From NCBI GenBank assembly GCA_965238075.1, contig OZ250173.1, positions 3,200,001 to 3,264,000 of the forward strand: a stretch of 64,000 nt of DNA. The letters are read 5' to 3'. The notes under the pieces were generated by a model that was not told the origin of the DNA, searched no databases, and worked only from the letters and a program-made list of their open reading frames with translations. The stretch comes from Candidatus Entotheonellaceae bacterium (GTDB taxonomy: Bacteria; Tectomicrobia; Entotheonellia; Entotheonellales; Entotheonellaceae). Shown one piece after another: positions 36,902 to 46,095 of this stretch (its first letter is position 1; each line of letters begins with the position of its first letter). The position numbers and the translations under genes were made by a program.

Positions 36902-38449
36902 ATGCGGCGGCTTCAATTCATCCTGTTGTTCCTGACAGCCTTGGTCACGCTTGCCAGTGCATTGGGCAGCGATCCTCTCACGTACCTCATCCCTTCCGTA
37001 GCCCCCTTCACCCTGTCGGCCTTGCTGCTCGTAGCACTGATGGGTGTGCTGCTCTACCGCACCCAATACCTGGAAAAACTGCTGCTGAGCGAGGGTCAAG
37101 CGACCCAAGAGCGATGGAGCGGCACGGATGACCGGCTGGTGCGGGTCATCGAGAAAACCTTGCAAAACAGTCAGACGGTGTCTGAATTGCAGGAGACGCT
37201 GGCGCACTACGAATGGCTGCTGCCCGGCAAAATCCTCCTGTGGCAACGCCGCCCCGAGGATGCCGTCAAGGCGCTGCAAAGCGCCGTGGCGCAGTACCCC
37301 GAGCACCGCGCCGGACGCTGGACGCTAGGTGAGGCGCTGCACGGCGCTAAGCGTTACCCCGAAGCCTTACCCCACCTGTTGGCCGGTCTCACGGAGGATA
37401 ACGTCACACAGTTGTCCCTGGTGGCTCAGTGCGAACAGGCATTGGGACGCCATGCCGACGCCGAGGCGCATCTGCTGCAGATGATCAAGGCGCGGGGTGA
37501 GCGGCGGCAGGAAGACCTCATGGCACTGGGTGCCGTGCAGAGCGAGCTGGAGCCGCAGACCGCCAAGCAGACGTTGGGTGAGGCGCTGGAACTGAATCCC
37601 TACAACAGCGCCGCGCGTTACCAGCTCCTTGATCTCGAAACACGCACCGGCAACTACGAGAATGCGATCGAGCTCGCCACCGAGGGGCTGAACCGCAACC
37701 CGGCGGACGTCGGATGTTTCGTCAGCCGTGCCGAGGCGTATTTCCGCCGCGGCCTGCCCGAGGACGAGGACCTCGTGATCCGCGACCTGGCCACCGTGCA
37801 GAGCAAGAACCGCAAGGATTACAATATTTACCGGCTGCGCGGCGCGCTCTACCAACGGCGGGCCAGCCAAACTACCTCAAAGGAGGAGACGAACAAGGCA
37901 CTGCACCAAGCCCTTGACGCCTACGAGGATGGGCTGGCAAACATCCCCGTCAAGTTCCACGCCCATCTCCTGGCCGCCGAAAGCCGCGTTCTGGTGCAGT
38001 TGCGGCGCTTCGACGATGCCGTCAAGAAGGCTCAGGGGGCCATTGAGCGCTACTCCGGCCACGTCAGCAACCACCTCGCGCTGGCCTTTGCCCGCCTCGC
38101 CGCCCGGCAGTGGCAGGCTGCCGCGCAGGCCGCCAGCCGCGGCATCCAATGGGCCGGTTGGGGCGGCAAGATATGGCTGACCGCCATCGTCATTTTCGCC
38201 CAAGCCTGTGACGGCAAGAACCCCGCCGGCTTGCGGCGCCAATGCACCACGCTCGTCGAGGCCCTGGAGGCCGACGTCAGGTCCTTCAAGCTGACCGAGA
38301 ACTGGAATATCGTCCGCAACATTCTCCACGAAGCCAGTCACCAGTTGAGCGAGCCCCAACGCTCCCTCGTCATCGACACCATCGCCCTCCTCGAAAAAGC
38401 CATCACCCCGCAGGACTACCGCATGGCCTGGATCAAGCCTCAGTCGTAG
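36902..38449 (+). CDS. Membrane-anchored TPR repeat protein
   Basis: Two N-terminal TM helices; TPR-like units (ALELNPYNSAARYQL, GLNRNPADVGCFVSRAEAY). Confidence 0.78.
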   Translation: MRRLQFILLFLTALVTLASALGSDPLTYLIPSVAPFTLSALLLVALMGVLLYRTQYLEKLLLSEGQATQERWSGTDDRLVRVIEKTLQNSQTVSELQETLAHYEWLLPGKILLWQRRPEDAVKALQSAVAQYPEHRAGRWTLGEALHGAKRYPEALPHLLAGLTEDNVTQLSLVAQCEQALGRHADAEAHLLQMIKARGERRQEDLMALGAVQSELEPQTAKQTLGEALELNPYNSAARYQLLDLETRTGNYENAIELATEGLNRNPADVGCFVSRAEAYFRRGLPEDEDLVIRDLATVQSKNRKDYNIYRLRGALYQRRASQTTSKEETNKALHQALDAYEDGLANIPVKFHAHLLAAESRVLVQLRRFDDAVKKAQGAIERYSGHVSNHLALAFARLAARQWQAAAQAASRGIQWAGWGGKIWLTAIVIFAQACDGKNPAGLRRQCTTLVEALEADVRSFKLTENWNIVRNILHEASHQLSEPQRSLVIDTIALLEKAITPQDYRMAWIKPQS

Positions 38450-38507
38450 ACGCGGTAGGCATTCCCCGTGGGCCTTGCAGGCTGCGTGAGTGTTTGAAAA
38501 TAGACGC

Positions 38508-38538
38508 CGTTACTCCGGCGGAAGCCGGATTGTGGATT
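38508..38538. repeat. Degenerate CGTC-type palindrome
   Basis: CGTTACTCCGGCGGAAGCCGGATTGTGGATT. Confidence 0.45.
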
Positions 38539-38967
38539 CACATTACAAAGGCAATACGTGATTCCAGAAGATCTCGGCTGACCTCCGGTAACTGAGGCAT
38601 TTACGAGGCGTGTTGCTGCACGCCTACATCAACTCCGTAAAGCGGTTCTCTGGCAAGAGCGCCAGGTCCGTCTTACGGGACAAGCTGCGGCGCATGCGAC
38701 CCATGGCATTTTCCGCTTGACGTCACTGTAGCGGCAAGCCGGCCAGAAGCCCTTTGATGGCCTCAGCGACGCGACGAAGTACAGCACCGATATTACTGCT
38801 TTCCACTCCGCTGAATTAACCAACATGGCCTGCCCCGTCAGTATTACAATTCTCACCAGTGGCCGATCTTGGCCTCGTGGTTCATGGTCGTTCTGATGCC
38901 TGAATCTCCCCGACGCAATTGCCAGCAGGTCGGTTCAGTGCCATCGTAACCCAACGTGCCACCGCAT

Positions 38968-39480
38968 TTAATCTTCCCACATCAGTTCACGGCAGAGCAG
39001 CAGTGCCACCGGTCGCAGCGCCGCGTTGGCCAGGGTCTGCGCCTCACGGACGCGCTGGGCGACGTGACCGGGCGCCTGCAGCCGTTCAAACGGCACGCGC
39101 AGGGTTTCCAGCAGCGCCTCGGTCACCATGCCGCCTTCCGTTTGCCAGGGGTGCTCCTCGCCAAACCCGCCCCGCAGGCTGATGAGCATGAGGAGCGGGA
39201 TACGGTAGAGTTGCGTCAGCGACACGATGCCGTTGAGGCTGGCCAGCAGGCCGTGGTTCTGCATCAGCATAGCCGACGAGATGCCTGCAAGGTGTGCACC
39301 GGCGGAAATGCCGATACCCTCCTCTTCCTTGGCTAAGCGCACTAGGGTGGCGTCAGCGTCCGCCTCGGCCAGCGTCACCAAGTGCACCAGCCATGTTTCC
39401 GGCAGGACGGAAATCAACCGCACGCCGCAATCCTTCAGGGCCGTGTAGATGATCTGCGAATTCGTTTCCGATACCGGCAT
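38968..39480 (-). CDS. Sulfopyruvate decarboxylase alpha subunit-like (ComD-like ThDP N-terminal domain)
   Basis: KEEEGIGISAGAHLAG..LMQNHGL..YRIPLLMLISLRG..WQ. Confidence 0.8.
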   Translation of the reverse strand: MPVSETNSQIIYTALKDCGVRLISVLPETWLVHLVTLAEADADATLVRLAKEEEGIGISAGAHLAGISSAMLMQNHGLLASLNGIVSLTQLYRIPLLMLISLRGGFGEEHPWQTEGGMVTEALLETLRVPFERLQAPGHVAQRVREAQTLANAALRPVALLLCRELMWED

Positions 39481-39518
39481 CGGGTCCTCCCTCTGAATCT
39501 GGCTGCCACTGTGGCGTA

Positions 39519-39547
39519 TCGGATTGCGCTGCGCTAGTCCGACTTAC
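39519..39547 (-). repeat. GTAG-type REP, degenerate
   Basis: TCGGATTGCGCTGCGCTAGTCCGACTTAC. Confidence 0.65.
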
Positions 39548-39631
39548 GGTACCGCGGCGTCGGCGTGTTAGTATGGCCTTCAGGCTGTCCCATCCCGCCC
39601 CAGCAACCCTGTTCCCGGCAGGTGCTTCGCC

Positions 39632-40361
39632 GTGCTCGACTTCTCCCTGTGGCTCGTGGCTCTGGGCGGCGCCTTGCTGGCGTCGACGGTAACCACCATC
39701 ACCAGCATCGGCGCGGGCATGATCATGTACGGTGTGCTCAGCCCGTTCCTCGATCAGCAAAGTGGTGATTCCGCTCGTCGCCCCGGCGCAACTGTTGGCG
39801 GTCGGACTGCGCTGCTGGCTGTTCCGACGGCATCTGCACTGGCGCCTGGCGGCACTCTTCTTCCTCGGCGTGGTGCTCGGCATTTCTGCCGGCACGCTGC
39901 TTTTTGACGTTCTCACCGAAACTGTCCTGCGCCGCATGATCGGCGTCTTCCTGCTGACGTTTACCGCCTACGAATGCTGGCGCGGCAACGCGGGTCGAGC
40001 CGCGCCGCACGTCGGGTTCCTGCCGCTGGGGGGTGTAGTCGCCGGCGCCCTGCTGGGTAGCATTGGCATCGCCGGGCCGCTGCTCGCGGTGATCTTCCTG
40101 CGTTACGGTTTGCTGAAGGAAGATCTGATCGCCATGGTCGCGTTGTTTTTCCTGCTCGGTAACGCGCAGCGCACCGTGTTGTACTGGCAGCAGGGCTTCT
40201 TCGTCGATGACCGACTGACGCTGGCCGTCGCCATGGGCTTGGCGATGCTGGTTGGCGTGTACGTCGGCCGCCTGGTCCTGCCGCACGTCAGCCGGGCGTT
40301 CTTCCGACGCCTGGTGCTGGGGATGCTGGTGCTGTTCGGCGTCCAGTTCCTGGTGTGGTAA
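39632..40361 (+). pseudogene. Sulfite exporter TauE/SafE family protein, frameshifted near 39755
   Basis: Hydrophobic halves in two frames (..LSPFLD / KVVIPLVAP..GSIGIAGP); one extra base; may be an assembly error. Confidence 0.72.
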
Positions 40362-40368
40362 TTCATCG

Positions 40369-40430
40369 TGGATTGAGAATTTTGGATTGTGGATTTGAAC
40401 CCGTAATCCAAAATCCGCAATTCCAAATTC
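40369..40430. repeat. Inverted arrays of heptamer repeats
   Basis: TGGATTG/AGAATTT/TGGATTG/TGGATTT facing AATCCAA/AATCCGC/AATTCCA. Confidence 0.65.
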
Positions 40431-40433
40431 CCG

Positions 40434-43121
40434 TCACATCGAAATGCCCAACAAGCCCCTCGACACCTGAAAATCGATGTTCCCCTGCTCGTACAGCTTC
40501 GGCACGTAGGTCCGGGAGGCGACAGACAGAACCAAGGGCAAGATGGCTTCGGTCCACGAGGCGTCATCGCCGAGCATCAAGTCCATATCTGCCGACCAAT
40601 CCGTTTCCGCGCCGCTGGCCACCTGCAGGAGCGGAATCATGGGATGCGCCTGCATCGGCGGGCCGGACACGTGCGCCAGCATGATTTCCACGCCTGTGGC
40701 GCCCAGACCAGTCAGCGTTTCTACCCAGTGATGCGTGGGGGTCTCCATGACGTGCAGGCCCGGCGTGGCGGTCTGACCATAAGCCAGCGACGTCTTGATC
40801 GGCGAGTTCGTCCGCAGGTTGTCGAGGTACGCCACCGAGGACAGCAGGGAGGCGTTGCTCGTCAGCACCACCGTGCCGCCGGCGCTGACGACGGCGGCGG
40901 TCAGGTGGGCCAGTTGCTCGGCGGCGGCGGCGGGCACCGCACCGCTGTCCAGCAATCCCAGGCGCAGCGCGCCAACACCGGCATCAGCGCACTCGGGGCC
41001 GGATAGCCCGCTCAGCGCCGCGTCGAACCACGCTTCGACCTTCTCGGTCACCTGTTCGATGCCGCCGTCCATCTGCACACTGGCCCAGCCGAATCGTTGC
41101 CGGTCCACGCCGTGGCGAGCGAGCTGATTGGCCATGTAGTCGTTGTGCGTCTTCTCGCAACCGTGCTCCAGCAACAGGCCAAAACGCACCAGCGGGTGCG
41201 TCAGATAGCCCAGCGTGGTGCGCGCGTACATGGCCTCTGAGGAGCCGCTGGACACGCCACAGCCCTCGGTGTGGGGCAGCGCCACAAAGCGCGACACCCC
41301 GCGGTTGCCGGTGAAGGTGGCGTTGAGCTTGTTGGCGATCAGCCGGGCAATCTGGCTGGAACACAGGCTGGTGGGTAGCAACAGGCCGATCTGGTCCGTG
41401 ACGACGCCGTCGTCAGTCCGCATGGCCTGGAAGGTCTGCGTCGGCGCTGCTGCCGGTCCCGCGACCGACAACGCCGTACCGCTGGGCAATGGGGCCTGTT
41501 GCAGACCTTCGAGCTTGCTGTCATCTGTCTGGCGCCAGTCGCGCCACAGCGACACCTGCGCGTGCCCTGCCCTTTCGCCCTTGGTGTGGGTGCCGGACGC
41601 CGCCGCCACGGTGAGATCGAACATGCTCTTGCCCAACTCGTCCATCGGCGTGCCGTCCTGATACGCCCCGGCGTTCACGTCCATATCCCGCTGCAGCATC
41701 TCAAAGCGCTGGCTCGTCGTCACTACCTTGAGGGTTGGCACGAAGGGGAAATTGGTGATGGAGCCGTTGCCCGTAATGAAGAAGATCATGTTGGCGCCAG
41801 CTGCTACCTGCCCGGCGATGCTCTCCAGATCGTTGCCGGGGCTGTTCATAAAGTAATAGCCCGGCTGCAGCATGCGCTCGCCGTAGTCGATGACGTAATC
41901 CAGACGCACCTCGGGGTGGCGCTTCATGGCGGCGCCGAGGGATTTGAGGACGATGTTGTAGAGGCCGCGGAACATGTTGCCGCCGGTCGGGTTGCCCTCG
42001 GCGGTATGGCCGTGCCAGGCCACACGCTCTTTGAATTCGGCGACAGTGGCCAGGAATTTCCGCGCCGTCGGGAGGTTGCGCACGTTTTGGAGCACATACG
42101 CCTCGGCACCGATCAATTCATCGGTTTCCGCCAGGCTGGCGGCGCCGCCGTGGCGGATAATCTCCCGCGCCACCCAGGCGGACAGCGGATTGCCCGAGAT
42201 GCCCGAAAAGGCGTCGGAGCCGCCGCATTGCAGCGCCACGTTGATGTGCGCCAGGGATTGCTCATTGCGCGTGACGGCGTTCACCTGCGGCAACCAGCCG
42301 CGGACCGACTCCTCGCCGCGTTTCAGGTCGTCCTGAAACCGCCCCGCAAGGCTGAGAAAGTGGTGCGGCACGTCCGTCAAAGGGTAATCGTGCGCCGCCA
42401 TGTAGTCGCGGAGCCGGGCGTTGGTGACCGTTTCGGTGCCATAGTCCACCGCCAACACGGCGCCGACGTTGGGGTGCACCATGAAGCCGCTCAGGGTACG
42501 CAGCACGAAGTCGAGGTTGTTGGGCCGCTCGCTGCCGCCGCCCTCGGTGTGCGCCACGGCGACGATGCCATCGACGTTCGCATACTCGCCCGCCAGGCCA
42601 CGTAGGCGATCCTCTAAAGCACGGGCGTAGCCGGCGGTGCGCGACGAGGTGCCGAGGATGACGACGTAGTTTCGGGTGCCGACGCCTCGTGCCCCGCCGC
42701 GCGCATAGCCCAGGAAGGTGCCGGGCACGTCGTAGCGCGCTACCTGCTCGCTGGGTTGGAAGCGGGCCTCGTCCAGCAGGTATGGGGTGATCTTGTCGGT
42801 GAAATTGGCCTCGGTCGGCAGGTTGAAATCGACGTTGCGGCCGCGCAGGGCCTCGAGAATTCTCGCGTTGCAGACGTAGGTTCCGGGCGCGATGTCGCGG
42901 CTGGCGTAACCGAACGGCAGGCCCCACGACAGCAGCGCGGCGTCGGTGTTGATGGGTTGCCGGGCGAAGCGATGGCCGACCAGCAGGGTGTGATCCAGCC
43001 GGAACCGCTCACTGCCGCTAACCACCTCGGTGCCCGCCTCCAGCCGCCGCGAGGCAATGGCGACGTTGTCGCCAGGGGCCGGCAATCGCGCCACGTCGTG
43101 AAAGTCGTACACGTGTGCCAT
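40434..43121 (-). CDS. UxaA/GarD family dehydratase (SAF domain plus duplicated catalytic-like region)
   Basis: GDNVAIA, GVGTRN, HTEGGG, QCGGSDAFSG, GNGS, and a second HTEGCG..LEHGCE. Confidence 0.88.
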   Translation of the reverse strand: MAHVYDFHDVARLPAPGDNVAIASRRLEAGTEVVSGSERFRLDHTLLVGHRFARQPINTDAALLSWGLPFGYASRDIAPGTYVCNARILEALRGRNVDFNLPTEANFTDKITPYLLDEARFQPSEQVARYDVPGTFLGYARGGARGVGTRNYVVILGTSSRTAGYARALEDRLRGLAGEYANVDGIVAVAHTEGGGSERPNNLDFVLRTLSGFMVHPNVGAVLAVDYGTETVTNARLRDYMAAHDYPLTDVPHHFLSLAGRFQDDLKRGEESVRGWLPQVNAVTRNEQSLAHINVALQCGGSDAFSGISGNPLSAWVAREIIRHGGAASLAETDELIGAEAYVLQNVRNLPTARKFLATVAEFKERVAWHGHTAEGNPTGGNMFRGLYNIVLKSLGAAMKRHPEVRLDYVIDYGERMLQPGYYFMNSPGNDLESIAGQVAAGANMIFFITGNGSITNFPFVPTLKVVTTSQRFEMLQRDMDVNAGAYQDGTPMDELGKSMFDLTVAAASGTHTKGERAGHAQVSLWRDWRQTDDSKLEGLQQAPLPSGTALSVAGPAAAPTQTFQAMRTDDGVVTDQIGLLLPTSLCSSQIARLIANKLNATFTGNRGVSRFVALPHTEGCGVSSGSSEAMYARTTLGYLTHPLVRFGLLLEHGCEKTHNDYMANQLARHGVDRQRFGWASVQMDGGIEQVTEKVEAWFDAALSGLSGPECADAGVGALRLGLLDSGAVPAAAAEQLAHLTAAVVSAGGTVVLTSNASLLSSVAYLDNLRTNSPIKTSLAYGQTATPGLHVMETPTHHWVETLTGLGATGVEIMLAHVSGPPMQAHPMIPLLQVASGAETDWSADMDLMLGDDASWTEAILPLVLSVASRTYVPKLYEQGNIDFQVSRGLLGISM

Positions 43122-43132
43122 GGGGTGCATCC

Positions 43133-44215
43133 TCAGTTGAGATCGGAGAGTTGAGTCATGACGTCGCGGGCCAGCAAGGTCATCGACCGCTGCCAACGCT
43201 CCTTGGGCTGCCACTCGTGGGCCATGGCCAGCAGCACGCCGAAGCCGCCCACGTCGTGATGCAGCCGCCGCAGCTTGTCGGCCACCTCGTCGGGGCTGCC
43301 GACGACCCAGATGTTGTCGACGAGATATTCCGGCGTCACCTCGCTGTCGGCCATGTCGGGATCGGTCTTCATCAGGCCCAGCATGTTCATGCTGGACAGC
43401 AGCGGTTTGAAGTACTGCTGAAAATCACGACTTAGCACGCCGTTGAGAGCCTCGCGGCGTGCCTCGGCGCTGCTCTCCGCCACGTACACCTCGCGGGCGA
43501 TGCGCCAGGCGTGCGGGTCCGGCGTCCGGCCGCTCTTGGCTGCCCCCTCCTGCACCGCTTCCCAGTGGGTGCGCAGGGTGTTGGTGGGCACGAGGTTGAT
43601 GCTGAGGGGAATCCAGCCGCGCTCGCCGGCCAGGATCAAGGTGTCCGACTTGGGCGACACGCCGGCAACGCCGATGGGCGGGTGCGGTTTCTGGTACGGC
43701 TTGAGGTGCAGGCGGAGGCCGATTTCGTCCACGGGTTCGGGGATGGTGAAGCGCCAATAGGGATGTTCATAGAGGCCCGGTTTTGGGTCGTCCCAGAGTT
43801 GCAGCACCAAGTCGATGGCGTCGCGCGTCATGCTGCGGTGGGCGCCGGTTGCGGGGTCAAAGCCGAACACCTCGAAGTCGCCGGGGAAGCCGCCGGAGCC
43901 GACCCCCCAGTGAAAGCGGCCGCGCGCCTGGTGGTCGAGTTGGGCGATGCGCTGCGCCAGCATGAAGGGGTTGTGGTTGGGCATGCACGTCACGCCGGTG
44001 CCGAGGACGATGTGCTGGGTCTTTGCCAGGGCCATGGCGATGAACAGGTCGGGCGCCGGAATGTTCTCCCACACGGTGGTGAAATGCTCGCCAATCCAGG
44101 CCTCCTTGTAGCCAAGTTCATCGAGCATGACGATCTGAGCCAGGTCGTCTTGGAGGGTGTGGGTCGGGTCGGCGCCGGGGGGGTGCAGGGGCATTGCGAA
44201 GTATCCGACTTCCAT
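43133..44215 (-). CDS. LLM class flavin-dependent oxidoreductase
   Basis: GYFAMPLHPP, EAWIGEH and KPYQKPHPPI. Confidence 0.92.
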   Translation of the reverse strand: MEVGYFAMPLHPPGADPTHTLQDDLAQIVMLDELGYKEAWIGEHFTTVWENIPAPDLFIAMALAKTQHIVLGTGVTCMPNHNPFMLAQRIAQLDHQARGRFHWGVGSGGFPGDFEVFGFDPATGAHRSMTRDAIDLVLQLWDDPKPGLYEHPYWRFTIPEPVDEIGLRLHLKPYQKPHPPIGVAGVSPKSDTLILAGERGWIPLSINLVPTNTLRTHWEAVQEGAAKSGRTPDPHAWRIAREVYVAESSAEARREALNGVLSRDFQQYFKPLLSSMNMLGLMKTDPDMADSEVTPEYLVDNIWVVGSPDEVADKLRRLHHDVGGFGVLLAMAHEWQPKERWQRSMTLLARDVMTQLSDLN

Positions 44216-44251
44216 GGCGGCCTCCTTGCTTGAGTGGGTGGAATTGCTATC

Positions 44252-44280
44252 AACCTAGTGACATTGTGCCGCCATGTCAA
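44252..44280 (-). promoter_or_regulatory. Sigma70 promoter of the LLM-uxaA-like operon with overlapping palindrome
   Basis: TTGACA-17 nt-TAGGTT on minus; TGACAT-N9-ATGTCA at 44259-44279; TATAAT at 44286 on plus. Confidence 0.6.
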
Positions 44281-44377
44281 TGCAGTATAATGGCCGCCGC
44301 TAAGCGGGCTGGAGCCGCGCCGAGGCGCGCCGCGCAAGGCCCATGACGATTTCTAAACATGCGGGTAGGGGTGGAGA

Positions 44378-45787
44378 ATGGCACAGCCGGGTACGGCCGC
44401 GGCGCCGTTGCGTGTGGCGATTGTCGGGGCGGGGCCGAGCGGCTTCTACGTCGCCGAGCACCTGTTGAATCAGGAGGACCTGGTCGTCGAGGTCGACATG
44501 CTGGAACGGTTGCCGACGCCGTACGGCTTGGTGCGCGGCGGCGTGGCACCGGACCACCAGAAGATCAAGGCTGTGTCGGCCACCTATGACAAGATCGCCG
44601 CCAACCCGCGGTTTCGCTATTACGGCCATGTTGAATACGGCACCCACCTGAGCCTCGACGACCTGCGCGGGCTCTACCACCAGATCGTTTTCACGACCGG
44701 CGCTCCCACCGACAACCGCATGGAGATTCCCGGCGAGGACTTGATCGGCAGCCATCCTGCCACCACCTTCGTCGCTTGGTACAACGGCCACCCGGATTAC
44801 CGCGACCTGCAGTTCGACTTCTCTTGCGAGCGCGTCGCCATCGTCGGTGTCGGCAACGTTGCCGTTGACGTGGCTCGTATCCTGTGCCGAACCCCCGAAG
44901 AACTCGCCAAGACCGATATCGCCGATTACGCTCTGGCAGTGCTGCGCGAGAGTCGGATTAAGGAGGTCACCATGCTCGGGCGGCGCGGCCCGGCGCAGGC
45001 GGCGTTTACCAACCCCGAGTTGCGCGAACTGGGTCAATTGCCTGGCGCCGACCTGATCGTGCGTCCCGAAGAAGCGGCGCTGGACGACCTGAGCCAAGCG
45101 GCTCTGGACAGCGGCTCGGATCGTGCTACGGGCCGCAAGGTTACGATGCTGCAGGAATTTGCGGGGCGCCAACCGGAGGGCAAGGCGCGCCGTCTGACGA
45201 TCCGCTTCCTGGTATCGCCGACAGCCCTGCTGGGGAACGGCGACAATCGACTGACCGCCATGCAGCTGGTGAAGAACGAGCTCTATGCCACCGACTCCGG
45301 CACCCTGCGGCCGCGCGCCACCGAGCAGGTTGAGGAACTGCCGGTCGATCGGGTCTTTCGCTCGGTCGGCTATCGCGGCGTGCCGCTGCCGGACGTGCCA
45401 TTCGACGGCCGCCGGGGCGTCATCGCCAACGCGGAAGGCCGCGTGCTCGACCCCGACGGTGAGGGACCGCTGATCGGCATTTACGCGGCCGGTTGGATCA
45501 AGCGCGGCCCCACCGGTGTCATCGGCACGAACAAGCCCGACGCCCTGCAAACGGTCAAGGGCATGGTGGCCGATCTGGCTGACGGCAGGGTGCTGCAGCC
45601 GTCCGGCGCGGCGGCCGAGGCCGCCGCCAAGCTGGTGCGGGAGCGGCAGCCGGAGGTCTTCTCCTACGCCGATTGGTTGCAGCTCAACAAGGTGGAAGTG
45701 TCCAAGGGGAAGGATATCGGGGCGCCGCGCGTCAAGTTCACCCGTGTTGACGAGATGCTGGAGGCACGGCGGGAAGCCGCTACCTGA
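44378..45787 (+). CDS. Ferredoxin/adrenodoxin-NADP+ reductase (FprA-like)
   Basis: GAGPSG, PYGLVRGGVAPDH, GVGNVAVDVAR and GWIKRGPTGVIGTN. Confidence 0.92.
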   Translation: MAQPGTAAAPLRVAIVGAGPSGFYVAEHLLNQEDLVVEVDMLERLPTPYGLVRGGVAPDHQKIKAVSATYDKIAANPRFRYYGHVEYGTHLSLDDLRGLYHQIVFTTGAPTDNRMEIPGEDLIGSHPATTFVAWYNGHPDYRDLQFDFSCERVAIVGVGNVAVDVARILCRTPEELAKTDIADYALAVLRESRIKEVTMLGRRGPAQAAFTNPELRELGQLPGADLIVRPEEAALDDLSQAALDSGSDRATGRKVTMLQEFAGRQPEGKARRLTIRFLVSPTALLGNGDNRLTAMQLVKNELYATDSGTLRPRATEQVEELPVDRVFRSVGYRGVPLPDVPFDGRRGVIANAEGRVLDPDGEGPLIGIYAAGWIKRGPTGVIGTNKPDALQTVKGMVADLADGRVLQPSGAAAEAAAKLVRERQPEVFSYADWLQLNKVEVSKGKDIGAPRVKFTRVDEMLEARREAAT

Positions 45788-45819
45788 TTCCGGGAAATAT
45801 TCCTGCGACAGGTTTTGCG

Positions 45820-46054
45820 ATGCCACGGTCCACGCTTGTGACGCCTGACACCGAATACCCGGATTCGGACGGCCTGCCCATGACGGAAACCGAGTTCCAG
45901 TTTCATCTTGACGCACCTGGAAGAAAACAGGGCGCGACGGGAAGCTGAAGACCGCCTCCAGGAAGCAGAAGCTCGACTGGTCGAGTTGGAAACCCGCCTT
46001 CAAGCCTTGCAGCCGTCATCCTTCTCGGCACGGCCGGACCAACCGCAGAGGTAA
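45820..46054 (+). pseudogene. Uma2 family endonuclease remnant (centre deleted)
   Basis: N-terminal EYPDSDGLPMTETEFQ joined out of frame to a coiled-coil tail EENRARREAEDRLQEAEARLVELE. Confidence 0.6.
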
Positions 46055-46095
46055 GTCCGAAGGGAAGCCCTACCGGAAGCGTTAACGGAACGGGC

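Noticed and set aside
38560-38960. Short ORFs between the TPR and ComD-like genes
   Set aside because: No recognisable motif or RBS; may be decayed sequence
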